Below, piece after piece: positions 1 to 8,130 of a DNA stretch of 16,588 nt. A model generated the notes under the pieces. It was not told the DNA's origin and ran no database searches. It saw only the letters and a program-made list of their open reading frames with translations. This DNA comes from a virus, in the IMG/VR virus record IMGVR_UViG_3300049451_000021, positions 1-16,588 of that record, one strand, 5' to 3'. Within the stretch, counting starts at the first letter, position 1. Each line of letters starts with the position of its first letter. The translations under genes and the position numbers were made by a program.

Positions 1-127
1 CCGCTCGCCGAGCTGGCCCACGAGCGCGGGGACCCACACGAGATCCACGCCGTGCTCACCACCGTCCGTGCCGCCCTGCTCGACCTCGCCACGTCCATGC
101 AGGCCTCAAGGCTCAAGATCGAGAGAG
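1..127. repeat. Left copy of a 127-bp exact terminal duplication, identical to 16462..16588.
   Basis: I compared the two ends base by base and all 127 positions match. Confidence 0.97.
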
Positions 128-186
128 CACAGACCTATCGTGGGTGGCGTGGCGAAGGGGTGGAGCGGCCGCCGGGTGACGCGTGA
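1..186 (+). CDS. Hypothetical protein: 3' part of the ORF that starts at 16342 and crosses the circular junction (101 aa in total).
   Basis: Frame 1 is open from position 1 to the TGA at 184..186. It is in phase with the ATG at 16342 when 16461 is joined to 1 (the overlap copy). Third-codon-position GC (GC3) is high. Confidence 0.6.
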   Translation, partial: PLAELAHERGDPHEIHAVLTTVRAALLDLATSMQASRLKIERAQTYRGWRGEGVERPPGDA

Positions 187-421
187 GCGCGCCTACTTCG
201 CTGCCCTGCTGCCCATGCCCTGCTCACGCTGCGGCCGGACCGTCACCTCCGAGATGGTCTGGCACGTGGATCACCTCGTGGAGCGGGTGGTGGGTGGCGG
301 CAACGGCCGGTCCAACCTGGGCGTGGCTCACGCCCGCTGCAACATGAGCGCGGGCCAGGCGCTGGGCCAGCGCCGGCGCCAGGCCCGCGCTCGTGTCGTG
401 GCCGGTATCAAGCCGTGGTGA
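149..421 (+). CDS. HNH endonuclease.
   Basis: The protein carries CSRCG...HVDH...GG...SNL..AH..CN, the classic HNH/zinc-finger signature. It sits just upstream of the terminase, as in HK97-like cos phages. The start is uncertain: GTG at 140, 149 or 176 are all possible, and the open frame reaches back to 68 but overlaps the upstream ORF. Confidence 0.8.
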   Translation: MAKGWSGRRVTRERAYFAALLPMPCSRCGRTVTSEMVWHVDHLVERVVGGGNGRSNLGVAHARCNMSAGQALGQRRRQARARVVAGIKPW

Positions 422-594
422 CCGAGGCGCCGCTGCTGCGCGCCGTGGTCGGGTGGCTGATCCTTCGGCAGATGCGGCGACGCCGCGTCCACCGCCTCGA
501 CGTCGGTGCGAAGCAGAACGTTCGCATCACGGTCGAGGTTTTTGACGCTGACGTGGAAACCCACGCCAGCCGTCCGCTCCAGTTAGATATCTAG
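418..594 (+). CDS. Small hypothetical protein (58 aa) between the HNH gene and the terminase. It is absent from the supplied ORF track because it is under 60 aa.
   Basis: The GTG at 418 overlaps the HNH stop codon (GTGA) and the TAG is at 592..594. GC3 is about 80% by my hand count, and the gene is co-oriented with its neighbours. The antisense ORF 328..564 has similar statistics, so this call is tentative. Confidence 0.35.
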   Translation: MTEAPLLRAVVGWLILRQMRRRRVHRLDVGAKQNVRITVEVFDADVETHASRPLQLDI

Positions 595-605
595 GCAAAG
601 CGGAC

Positions 606-2066
606 ATGCGCCGGACCCGCGCCACACCGCTACACCTAACCGGGACAGCCCGCTACAACGTCGATCTTTCAGCGGTGAACGAGGGAATCCGGCTGCTCGG
701 CCTGGACTCCACCCCGCAGGGCCTGGTGATCGCCCGCGTCCTGGAGGCACGCAAGCGCGGAGGCCTCGGCGGCCGCCAGATGGTCCCCGCCCGGGACAAG
801 GTCGTCGCCCAGGCGCCCCGGCGATCCAGCAAGACGACGTCGATCTGGGCCGTGCTGGTCGGACGCTGCGAGACGATCCCCGGCTACCAGGTCATCACCA
901 CCGCCCAGTCGGGCAAGCGGGCCCGGGCCCGGCTGATGAAGGTCGCCGACGTCCTGGAACGACAGCCCCACATCAAGGTCGGGCGCGGTGTGGGCAACGA
1001 GCACATCACCTGGACCGAGACCGGCAGCAGGATCGAGATGTTCCCACCGATCCCCGGCGCGTTCCGAGGCGAGGGCAAGGACGCCGTCCTGTTCGACGAG
1101 GCCCAGGAGGTCGAGGACCAGGACGCCGCCGACGAGCTGTTCCAGGCGATCATGCCGCTGTTCGACACCCAGCCCCTCGCGCAGCTGATCGTGGCCGGCA
1201 CCGCCGGCGAGCGCCGCGACGGACTGCTGTGGCACGCCCTGGAACGCGGCCGCGCCGGCACCGACGGCTGGGGCGTCGTCGACTACGCAGCCGAGGACGG
1301 CTCCGACCCCGCCGACGAGAAGGTGTGGCTGGCCACCCACCCCGGGATCGGCACCCTGACCACCCTGGCGATCATCAGGCAGCGCTGGCGCGACCTGAAA
1401 GGCGAGGAGGACCCCACCAAGTTCGGGCGCGAGTACCTCGGCATGTGGCCGACGACCGAGCAGGTCCGCGTGATTTCCGCGGCCTCGTGGGAGGCCTGCT
1501 ACGCCGGGGAGGTCCGCGTCCCCCGCCCCGCACCCGGCACGTGCGTCCTGGCCTACGACGTCGCCCCCGACGACTCCGCGGCGTCGATCGTGTGCGTGTG
1601 GCGCGACGACGCCGGCCTGGGCCACCTCAAGGTCATGGAGCACGGCCGCGGCCACACCTGGATGCCCGACGCCCTGGCCAAGCTGTCGGTCAAGCTGCGC
1701 GCGCCCGTCGCCTACGACGCGATCGGCCCCAACGTCGCCGTCGCCGAGGCGTTCGGGCGCCGCCGCGGCCTGCGCTCCAAGCTGCAGCCGGCGAATATGC
1801 GCCAGATGCAGGCCCGCTGTTCCCAGCTGCTCGCCGAGATCGGCGACCGGACCATCCGCCACGAGGGAGAGATCCCGCTCGACGAGGCCGTCGAGGGCGC
1901 CGCCAAGCGGACCATCGGCGAGGGCGGCTGGGTCTGGGGCCGGCGCGCGTCGACCGCCGACATCTCCGCGCTGATCGCCTGCACCGTGGGCCTGGGCGCC
2001 GTCGACGAGCTGCCCGCCGAGAGCAGGCCCACCATCCGCACCCCGCGGCACCTGGCCCGGACCTAA
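606..2066 (+). CDS. terL: Terminase large subunit.
   Basis: This 486-aa protein has a P-loop-like APRRSSKTTS and a Walker B-like VLFDEAQEV. It lies directly upstream of the portal gene and downstream of the HNH gene. Confidence 0.85.
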   Translation: MRRTRATPLHLTGTARYNVDLSAVNEGIRLLGLDSTPQGLVIARVLEARKRGGLGGRQMVPARDKVVAQAPRRSSKTTSIWAVLVGRCETIPGYQVITTAQSGKRARARLMKVADVLERQPHIKVGRGVGNEHITWTETGSRIEMFPPIPGAFRGEGKDAVLFDEAQEVEDQDAADELFQAIMPLFDTQPLAQLIVAGTAGERRDGLLWHALERGRAGTDGWGVVDYAAEDGSDPADEKVWLATHPGIGTLTTLAIIRQRWRDLKGEEDPTKFGREYLGMWPTTEQVRVISAASWEACYAGEVRVPRPAPGTCVLAYDVAPDDSAASIVCVWRDDAGLGHLKVMEHGRGHTWMPDALAKLSVKLRAPVAYDAIGPNVAVAEAFGRRRGLRSKLQPANMRQMQARCSQLLAEIGDRTIRHEGEIPLDEAVEGAAKRTIGEGGWVWGRRASTADISALIACTVGLGAVDELPAESRPTIRTPRHLART

Positions 2067-2124
2067 ATAACCCTCCAGGCGCCGTTGTGGACGCCGCAGG
2101 AGCCGGGGCCACACGCTGCCCCTC

Positions 2125-3171
2125 ATGGGGTTGCGTTCGGCGCTCAGGCTCGTGCAGGCGGCTCAGGAGCCTATGCCTATGCCGCGGGGCCCGACAGCGA
2201 TCCGCTCGCCCTGGGCGACGGGTGACCTGTCGCAGATCGTGTGGGCGGACCTGTTCGGTGCCGACGAGGCCTGGCCGCTGACCCGCGCGGCCGCCATCCA
2301 GGTCCCGGCCGTCGCCAGGGCCCGCAACCTGCTGGTCGGCGCGATCGCCCGCCAGCCGCTGCGCGCCGTCCAGGTCGACACCCCCGTCGACCCGCAGCCC
2401 GGATGGATCACCCGCACCGACGGCACGATGTCTCCCTGGCACCGGATGGCCTGGACTGTCGACGACGTGTTCTTCGCCGGCTGGTCGCTGTGGGCCTGCG
2501 AACGCGACGCCCGAAAGCGGATCCTGCGCGTCGAGCGCGTCCCCGCCGAGCTGTGGAGCTTCGACACCGACGGGTCGGTCCTGATCGATGGCAAGGACGA
2601 GGTCGACACCGAGACCGTCCTGCTGATCCCCGGACCCCACGAGGGCATCCTCACCAGCGCCCGAAAGACCATCCTCGGCGCGCGCCTGCAGGAGCTGATG
2701 TGGCAGCGCCGCGTCGCCGCACCGATCCCGGCGATGGAGATCCACCAGACCACCGACGAGCCCCTGGAGCCCGAGGAGATCGACGCGCTGCTCGAGGCGT
2801 GGATCACCGCCCGCACCGACCTGGACGGCGCCGTCGCCTACACGCCGTTCAACATCGAACTACGCCCCCACGGCACCGCGACCACCGACCTGCTGATCGA
2901 GGCCCGCAACGCCGTCGCCGTCGACATCGCCTCACACACCGGCCTGCCCGCGCAGCTGCTCAACGCCAGCCTGGCGACCGCGTCCCTGACGTACTCCACC
3001 GCCGAGACCGCCCAGGGCGAGCTGGCCACCAGCGCCGCCCTGTACGCCGACCCCGTCGCCGGCCGCCTGTCGATGGACGACGTCGTGCCCCGCGGGCAGC
3101 GCTGCGCGTTCGACCTGACCGACCTGACCACCACCCCGCCGGCGCCGCTCGGGCCTACCACGGAGGACTGA
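2125..3171 (+). CDS. Portal protein.
   Basis: The position between terminase and capsid gene, the size (about 330-348 aa) and the motif VPAVARARNLLVGAIARQPL are typical of HK97-type portals. The ATG at 2179 has a better Shine-Dalgarno (AGGAG at 2165..2169) and may be the true start. Confidence 0.8.
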   Translation: MGLRSALRLVQAAQEPMPMPRGPTAIRSPWATGDLSQIVWADLFGADEAWPLTRAAAIQVPAVARARNLLVGAIARQPLRAVQVDTPVDPQPGWITRTDGTMSPWHRMAWTVDDVFFAGWSLWACERDARKRILRVERVPAELWSFDTDGSVLIDGKDEVDTETVLLIPGPHEGILTSARKTILGARLQELMWQRRVAAPIPAMEIHQTTDEPLEPEEIDALLEAWITARTDLDGAVAYTPFNIELRPHGTATTDLLIEARNAVAVDIASHTGLPAQLLNASLATASLTYSTAETAQGELATSAALYADPVAGRLSMDDVVPRGQRCAFDLTDLTTTPPAPLGPTTED

Positions 3172-3175
3172 CAAA

Positions 3176-4837
3176 ATGACCGACCTACGCGCCGCCGGCG
3201 TCCTGCTCGCCGCCGACCCCGGCACCCGCAACCTGTCGTACCGGCTGCTGCCGTACGGGGAGGCGGGGCGGACCAGCCTCGGCGTCGTCACCGCATCGGC
3301 CGGGGTCGTCGAGCTGCCCGACGACCCCGGCGCCCTGGTCCTGAACCTCGAGCACGAGCGCCGCCGCCCGGTCGCCCGCGGCACCGCACTGGTCGAGTCC
3401 GACGCCGGCCTGGACGCCACCTTCGCCGTCGCCGAGACCACCGCCGGCAACGACCTGCTCGCCGAGGCCGCCGCCGGCCTGCGCACCGGGGCCAGCGTCG
3501 AGCTGGCCGACGTCGTCATCCGCGCCGGCCGCCTGGTCTCCGCGCGGCTGGTCGGCGCGGCCGCGGTCGTCGACTCCGCGTTCCCCTCCGCACAGCTCGC
3601 CGCCTCCGACGTCGGCGACGACGACCAGGCCGACGACGCCGACGACGACGCCGACACCGACGAAGAACAGCAGGTCGGCGACGCTGTGACCCCCGACGAC
3701 AACGACGACGACAGCACCGACGACAACGACACAGGAGCCGACATGACCACGACCACCACCACCGCGGCCGCGGCAACGTTGGCCGCCACCCGCGCGCCGG
3801 CCGGACTGCCGACCCCGCGCCCCGCCCGCCCTGAGCCCGGGTTCCGCGAGATCGTCCGGCTGCTCGCCAACGCCGGCCGCACCCAGGGCGAGGGCCGGCT
3901 ATTCGCCACCCTCGAGCAGGCCTCCCCCGGCTCCACGCAGCTGTTCGCTGCGCTGTCCGACATCACCCCCGCCTCGACGTCGGTCAACGACGTGATGCAG
4001 ATCCCGCAGTGGCTGGGGGAGGTCTGGGACGGCCGCACCTTCCAGCGCCGCTACATCCCGCTGATCACCTCGGCGCCGCTGACCGCCATGCAGGTGAAGG
4101 GCTGGAAGTGGGTCGTCAAGCCCGAGGTCGCCCCGTACGCCGGCAACAAGGGCCCGGTCCCCAGCAACGCGGCGACCACCGAGCCGTACGTCCTGGACGC
4201 GCAGCGCATCGCCGGCGCCCACGACATCGACCGGATCTTCCGCGACTTCAACGTCGAGGAGTTCTGGAGCTCGTACTGGGCGGCGATGGCTGAGTCCTAC
4301 GCCAAGCAGTCCGACGCCGTCGTGGGCACCGTGCTGTTGGACAACTCCCCGTACGTCGCGCCGGGCGCCGTCCCGACCGGGGTCAGCAAGGGCGCCAGCT
4401 ACATCGTCGACGGCGCCCTGGCGATCATCGACACCGCCATCCCCACGTTCGCGATCGTGTCCAAGGACCTCTACCGGGACCTGCTGCTGACCCGCAATGA
4501 GGACGTCCTGGCCTACCTCAACCTGGCCCTCGGCCTGGAGGACGGCACCATCGCCAGTTTCAGCGTCGTGCCCGGCGCCGCGGGTTTCCCCGCCGACACC
4601 GTCATCGTCGGCGCCAAGCCGGCCGCGACCGTGTACGAGCTGCCCGGCACGCCCCTTCGCGTGGAGGCGCTCAACATCGCCAACGGAGGCGTTGACACCG
4701 GACTGTTCGGTTATCTCGCCGCCGGCTTCAACGACGACGGTGGCCTGGCCCTGGTCTCCGCCACCCCGCCGGTCGCCGCCGACGAGGAGCAGGGCACCGC
4801 GACCGGACGGCGCGGCCGCCGTACGGCGAAGGCCTGA
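3176..4837 (+). CDS. Prohead protease-like domain fused to an HK97-fold major capsid protein through an acidic linker.
   Basis: GGAGGA lies 8 nt upstream of the ATG. The N-terminal ~140 aa carry LNLEHERRRPVARG...GLRTGASVEL, which matches the S78/HK97 protease His and Ser motifs. A D/T-rich linker spans about 3600..3780. The C-terminal ~340 aa look like a capsid protein. No separate protease, scaffold or capsid gene is present. Confidence 0.75.
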   Translation: MTDLRAAGVLLAADPGTRNLSYRLLPYGEAGRTSLGVVTASAGVVELPDDPGALVLNLEHERRRPVARGTALVESDAGLDATFAVAETTAGNDLLAEAAAGLRTGASVELADVVIRAGRLVSARLVGAAAVVDSAFPSAQLAASDVGDDDQADDADDDADTDEEQQVGDAVTPDDNDDDSTDDNDTGADMTTTTTTAAAATLAATRAPAGLPTPRPARPEPGFREIVRLLANAGRTQGEGRLFATLEQASPGSTQLFAALSDITPASTSVNDVMQIPQWLGEVWDGRTFQRRYIPLITSAPLTAMQVKGWKWVVKPEVAPYAGNKGPVPSNAATTEPYVLDAQRIAGAHDIDRIFRDFNVEEFWSSYWAAMAESYAKQSDAVVGTVLLDNSPYVAPGAVPTGVSKGASYIVDGALAIIDTAIPTFAIVSKDLYRDLLLTRNEDVLAYLNLALGLEDGTIASFSVVPGAAGFPADTVIVGAKPAATVYELPGTPLRVEALNIANGGVDTGLFGYLAAGFNDDGGLALVSATPPVAADEEQGTATGRRGRRTAKA

Positions 4838-4841
4838 CCCG

Positions 4842-5174
4842 ATGGCCGTGGTCGGCTGGGTCGACACCGACAGCCTCGAGCTGTCGCAGCTGTGGCCCGA
4901 CGCCGAGCAGCTGGATGAGGCCACCCTCGTCCAGCTGCTCGGTGCCGCCTACGACCAGTGCCGCGAGTACGCCCCGGTGCTGCCGGCCGGTGACCCGGTC
5001 CCGGACGGCTGGCCGGTCGCGCAGATCTACCAGGCCGACGAGCTGTGGACCGCGTCGCGCCGCGAGGGCGACGCCATCGGCTTCTCCGAGACGACCGTGA
5101 TCCGGGTGCGTCCGCTCGGCACGACCGTCAAGCAGCTGCTGCGCCCACGCCCCGCTGTGCCGAGGCTGGGCTGA
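4842..5174 (+). CDS. Head-tail connector/adaptor (gp6-like).
   Basis: This 110-aa ORF starts at the ATG at 4842, immediately after the capsid gene. Its acidic N-terminal helix pattern (LELSQLWPDAEQLDEATLVQLL) is typical of adaptors. Confidence 0.55.
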   Translation: MAVVGWVDTDSLELSQLWPDAEQLDEATLVQLLGAAYDQCREYAPVLPAGDPVPDGWPVAQIYQADELWTASRREGDAIGFSETTVIRVRPLGTTVKQLLRPRPAVPRLG

Positions 5175-5536
5175 TGGCACCGGCCCCGGGTAGCCCCCGC
5201 GCCGTCGTCGCCGACGCCCTCGCGGTGACCGGGTACCCGATCGTGTCCGGGCGCTGGCCGACGCAGATCAGTGAACCGACCCTGGTCATCGCCACCCGCG
5301 ACATCAGGCCCGGGCCCGTACAGGGAAACCTGACGTGGGGCCTGGCCGTGTACGTGCTGTCCGCGCTGACCACCGACGCGGAGGACGACCTGGAGGTCGC
5401 GCTGCTCAAGGTCGTCGACGCGCTCGCCGCGGCGCAGCCACTGGTCCTGGTCCTCGGCACCCGCACCAGCGTCGCCGACGAGACCTACAACGCCTTCGGC
5501 CTGGACGTCGAGGTCTACACCCCCGTACCCGCATAA
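5174..5536 (+). CDS. Head-tail joining or tail terminator-like structural protein.
   Basis: This 120-aa ORF overlaps the upstream gene by ATGA and lies between the adaptor and the major tail protein. Confidence 0.45.
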   Translation: MAPAPGSPRAVVADALAVTGYPIVSGRWPTQISEPTLVIATRDIRPGPVQGNLTWGLAVYVLSALTTDAEDDLEVALLKVVDALAAAQPLVLVLGTRTSVADETYNAFGLDVEVYTPVPA

Positions 5537-5547
5537 GGAGCCCCGTC

Positions 5548-6033
5548 ATGGTCACAGTCGCCGTCGCCCCGTTCGTCCTCAAGAACGCCACGTTCCTCGT
5601 GGCGGCGGACAACTACGAGGCGCACGTCTCGCAGGTCGAGTTCAACCCCTCCACCTCCCAGGTCCAGTGGCACGGCCTGAGCCCGTCGGCGTCGTTCACG
5701 GACTCCAGCAGCCCGTCCTGGGCCGCGACGCTGTCCTACGCCCAGGACTGGGTCACCCCGAACAGCCTTTCCAAGTACCTGTTCGACCACCAGGGCCAGA
5801 CGGTCGTGTGCAAGTTCACCACCAACCCCGGCGCCGGGGTCTGGACCGCGAGCCTGATCATCGCCGCCGGGTCGATCGGCGGCACGGTCAGCAACTACGC
5901 CGTCGCCACCGTGACCCTCGGCATCTCCGCTGCCCCCACGTACGTCCCGCCCGCGCTCGCCGACCCGGCCGCCGACGACAGCGCCGACGACGTCGCCGAC
6001 AGGACCGACGACGCCGACGTGTCGGTGACGTGA
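5548..6033 (+). CDS. Major tail (tube) protein.
   Basis: AAGGAG at 5535..5540 precedes the ATG at 5548. The 161-aa protein is beta-rich and sits upstream of the tape measure region. It has an acidic C-terminal tail. Confidence 0.6.
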   Translation: MVTVAVAPFVLKNATFLVAADNYEAHVSQVEFNPSTSQVQWHGLSPSASFTDSSSPSWAATLSYAQDWVTPNSLSKYLFDHQGQTVVCKFTTNPGAGVWTASLIIAAGSIGGTVSNYAVATVTLGISAAPTYVPPALADPAADDSADDVADRTDDADVSVT

Positions 6034-6045
6034 CAGGAGCCTTCG

Positions 6046-6543
6046 ATGGTGGTCTCGGTCGGCGACGACCGGTCGCTGCAGGCCGCGGTCCTGGCGTTCA
6101 AGCTGGCCGACCGTGGCCTCAAGAAGCGCGTCAACGACGCCGTGCGGACCCACCTCAACGCCCCCTGGAAATCTGGCATCGCCCAGCGCGCCTCGACCCG
6201 GCTCGAGCAGCGCGTGCTCGTGCCCGGCGCTCGCGTCGCTGCCGGTAACCCGCCGGCGTTCGTCGCCGCCACCTCCCGGCGCCGGCTCAAGGGCGGCCTG
6301 GTCCCCGACGCCGACGGCGCCGCGGTCGAGTTCGGTGCCGCCGACATCACCACCACCTACAGCCGGCGCAAGCCGTCTGGTGGGACGGCGTCGGTCACCC
6401 GGCACACCCGCCGGCAGCTGCCGCGGCGGCGCCGGGCGGGCCCGGTGATGGAGACCGCCGGGGAGTTCGGCTCCCGGGTGGCGTCGCTGTGGACCCAGCT
6501 CATCGTGAAGGTCTATTACGACGCCTCCGAGGAAGGTGGGTGA
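6046..6543 (+). CDS. Basic structural protein, HK97 gp10-like, sitting where tail assembly chaperones normally lie.
   Basis: AGGAG at 6035..6039 precedes the ATG at 6046. The 165-aa protein is Arg-rich. Its N-terminal pattern LQAAVLAFKLADRGLKKRVNDAVRTHLNAPWKSG resembles the HK97 gp10 family. Confidence 0.4.
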   Translation: MVVSVGDDRSLQAAVLAFKLADRGLKKRVNDAVRTHLNAPWKSGIAQRASTRLEQRVLVPGARVAAGNPPAFVAATSRRRLKGGLVPDADGAAVEFGAADITTTYSRRKPSGGTASVTRHTRRQLPRRRRAGPVMETAGEFGSRVASLWTQLIVKVYYDASEEGG

Positions 6544-6546
6544 CCC

Positions 6547-8130
6547 GTGGCGATCAAGATCCCGTTCATCGCCGACGTCTCCAAGTTCCTCTCCGGCACC
6601 AGAGACCTCGAGGAGTCCCTCGACGACGTCGCCGACAGCCTCGACGACATCTCCACCGCCGGCGCCCAGGTGGAGGCCCGGGTAGGCGACAACCTCGACG
6701 ACACCGCGAAGGCCGCCGACGCATCTGCGGAGAAGATCTCCAAGAGCTTCAAGACGGCGTTCCACGAGGTCGAGGCGGCCGGGCGGACCAGCAGCCGCAA
6801 GGTCAGGGACGAGGTCGACGACGTCGGGCACAAGGGGTCCGCGACCCTGCACGAGTTCTCCGCCGAGGCCAAGCAGAACGTCGCGGAGTCCCTGTCCAGC
6901 TTCACCGGCTCCGCGGAGTCCGCGGTCGACGCCGTCCAGTCGACGTTCGGTGGGCTGGTCTCCGCGCTCGGTCCCGCCGGCCTGGTCGGCGCGGCCGCGA
7001 TCGCCGCCGGGATCGGCCTGGCCCGCGGCCTGTTCGCCAAGAGTCAGGAGGCCGCCGAGCAGTTCCGTGAGCGGGTCCTGAACATCTTCGACGAGCTGCG
7101 CGAGTCCGGGGACATCACACCCGAGTTCAAGATGGACACCCTCGCCGGGATCATCTCCGACGCGAAGGCGCTGCAGGCCGCGTTCGACGTCGACAACGTC
7201 GACGCCTTCAACGACCTGCTGCACCAGACCGGCCTGAACGTCGGGCAGCTGCAGACCTACTTCTCCGGCCTGACCGGCGACGCCGGCGAGCTCGGCGACG
7301 CGCAGCTGCTGCTGACCCAGCAGCTGACCTACCTGCGCGGCATCCTCACCGACCCCTCCGCGTCCCTGGCGCAGCAGGGCCAGGTCCGCGTCCAGGTCGA
7401 CGCGATCAGCACGCTGCGCGATGCCCTGGCCGACCAGGGCAACGCCTACGGCGACGCCCGCGCCCAGGCCGACCTGCTCAACGAGCTGATGCCGAAGGCC
7501 GCCGACGCCACCGACGACGCCACCGACGCCACCGACGACAACACCGAGGCGCTCGCCTCGAACAACGAGCAGCTGAGGATCGCCGCCGGCCTGCGCGGCG
7601 ACGCCGTCGCCTCAGAGCTGGACATGAAGGATGCCCTGGACGCGGTCAGCAAGGCCCGCAAGGACAACGGCCTGAGCCTGTCCAAGAACACCGACGCCGG
7701 GCGGGACAACCTGCGATCGATCCAGCAGGCCATGAAGGGCATCCAGGAGTACGGCGACGCCCTGGTCGACAACGGCGCCAGCTCCGACGTCGCGACCCGC
7801 AAGATGCGCACCCAGGAGGACGTCCTGGTCAACAGGGTCCAGAAGGCGTTCCACGTCACCCGCGGTGAGGCCGAGCACTACATCGACACCCTCGGCGGGA
7901 TCCCTCCGGCGAAGGACACCAAGGTCACCGTCGACGACCACGGCACCGCGAAGACGACGAAGGACAAGGTCGACGAGGCCGCGAAGGACCGGCAGACCAC
8001 GGTCTCGGTCGCCCCCGACATGAGCGGATTCAACGAGACCGTCAACGACTACCTGTCGGGGCGTTCGTTCAAGGTCAACCTGGAGCCGCGGATCTCGCAG
8101 CCGAAGCTCGGAAAGCCGATACCGCAATGA
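6547..8130 (+). CDS. Tape measure protein.
   Basis: This 527-aa protein is the longest tail gene. It is helix-rich with a hydrophobic Gly/Ala segment (GGLVSALGPAGLVGAAAIAAGIGLA). It lies between the tail tube gene and the tip genes. Confidence 0.8.
   Translation: MAIKIPFIADVSKFLSGTRDLEESLDDVADSLDDISTAGAQVEARVGDNLDDTAKAADASAEKISKSFKTAFHEVEAAGRTSSRKVRDEVDDVGHKGSATLHEFSAEAKQNVAESLSSFTGSAESAVDAVQSTFGGLVSALGPAGLVGAAAIAAGIGLARGLFAKSQEAAEQFRERVLNIFDELRESGDITPEFKMDTLAGIISDAKALQAAFDVDNVDAFNDLLHQTGLNVGQLQTYFSGLTGDAGELGDAQLLLTQQLTYLRGILTDPSASLAQQGQVRVQVDAISTLRDALADQGNAYGDARAQADLLNELMPKAADATDDATDATDDNTEALASNNEQLRIAAGLRGDAVASELDMKDALDAVSKARKDNGLSLSKNTDAGRDNLRSIQQAMKGIQEYGDALVDNGASSDVATRKMRTQEDVLVNRVQKAFHVTRGEAEHYIDTLGGIPPAKDTKVTVDDHGTAKTTKDKVDEAAKDRQTTVSVAPDMSGFNETVNDYLSGRSFKVNLEPRISQPKLGKPIPQ

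Noticed and set aside
1-127. The terminal 127-bp identity as a biological direct terminal repeat or LTR-like element.
   Set aside because: The length equals a common maximum assembler k-mer, and an ORF runs straight through the junction. Circular-contig overlap is the simplest explanation. True terminal redundancy cannot be excluded without read data.
328-564. A minus-strand 78-aa ORF spanning the HNH 3' end and the HNH-terminase gap.
   Set aside because: It overlaps the well-supported HNH gene on the opposite strand and is oriented against every neighbour. Its GC3 is no better than that of the + strand 418..594 frame, which has a GTGA coupling. I cannot fully exclude it.
669-2126. A long antisense ORF (485 aa) opposite the terminase. 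Similar long minus-strand ORFs lie opposite the structural genes, for example 1690..2745, 2932..4038, 3899..4924 and 5515..7224.
   Set aside because: Their products are Arg/Gly/Pro/Ala-rich and low in complexity with no motifs. This is the usual stop-codon-poor antisense artefact of very GC-rich DNA. The + strand frames carry recognisable phage proteins, good Shine-Dalgarno sites and coupled overlaps.
6489-7070. A -1 frame ORF overlapping the 3' end of 6046..6543 and the start of the tape measure, as a possible G/GT-type frameshift extension.
   Set aside because: Its translation is an Arg/Pro-rich off-frame pattern. The only heptamer-like string (CCCGGGT near 6473..6479) is not phased as X XXY YYZ in the zero frame. 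The extension would also lie inside the tape measure gene.
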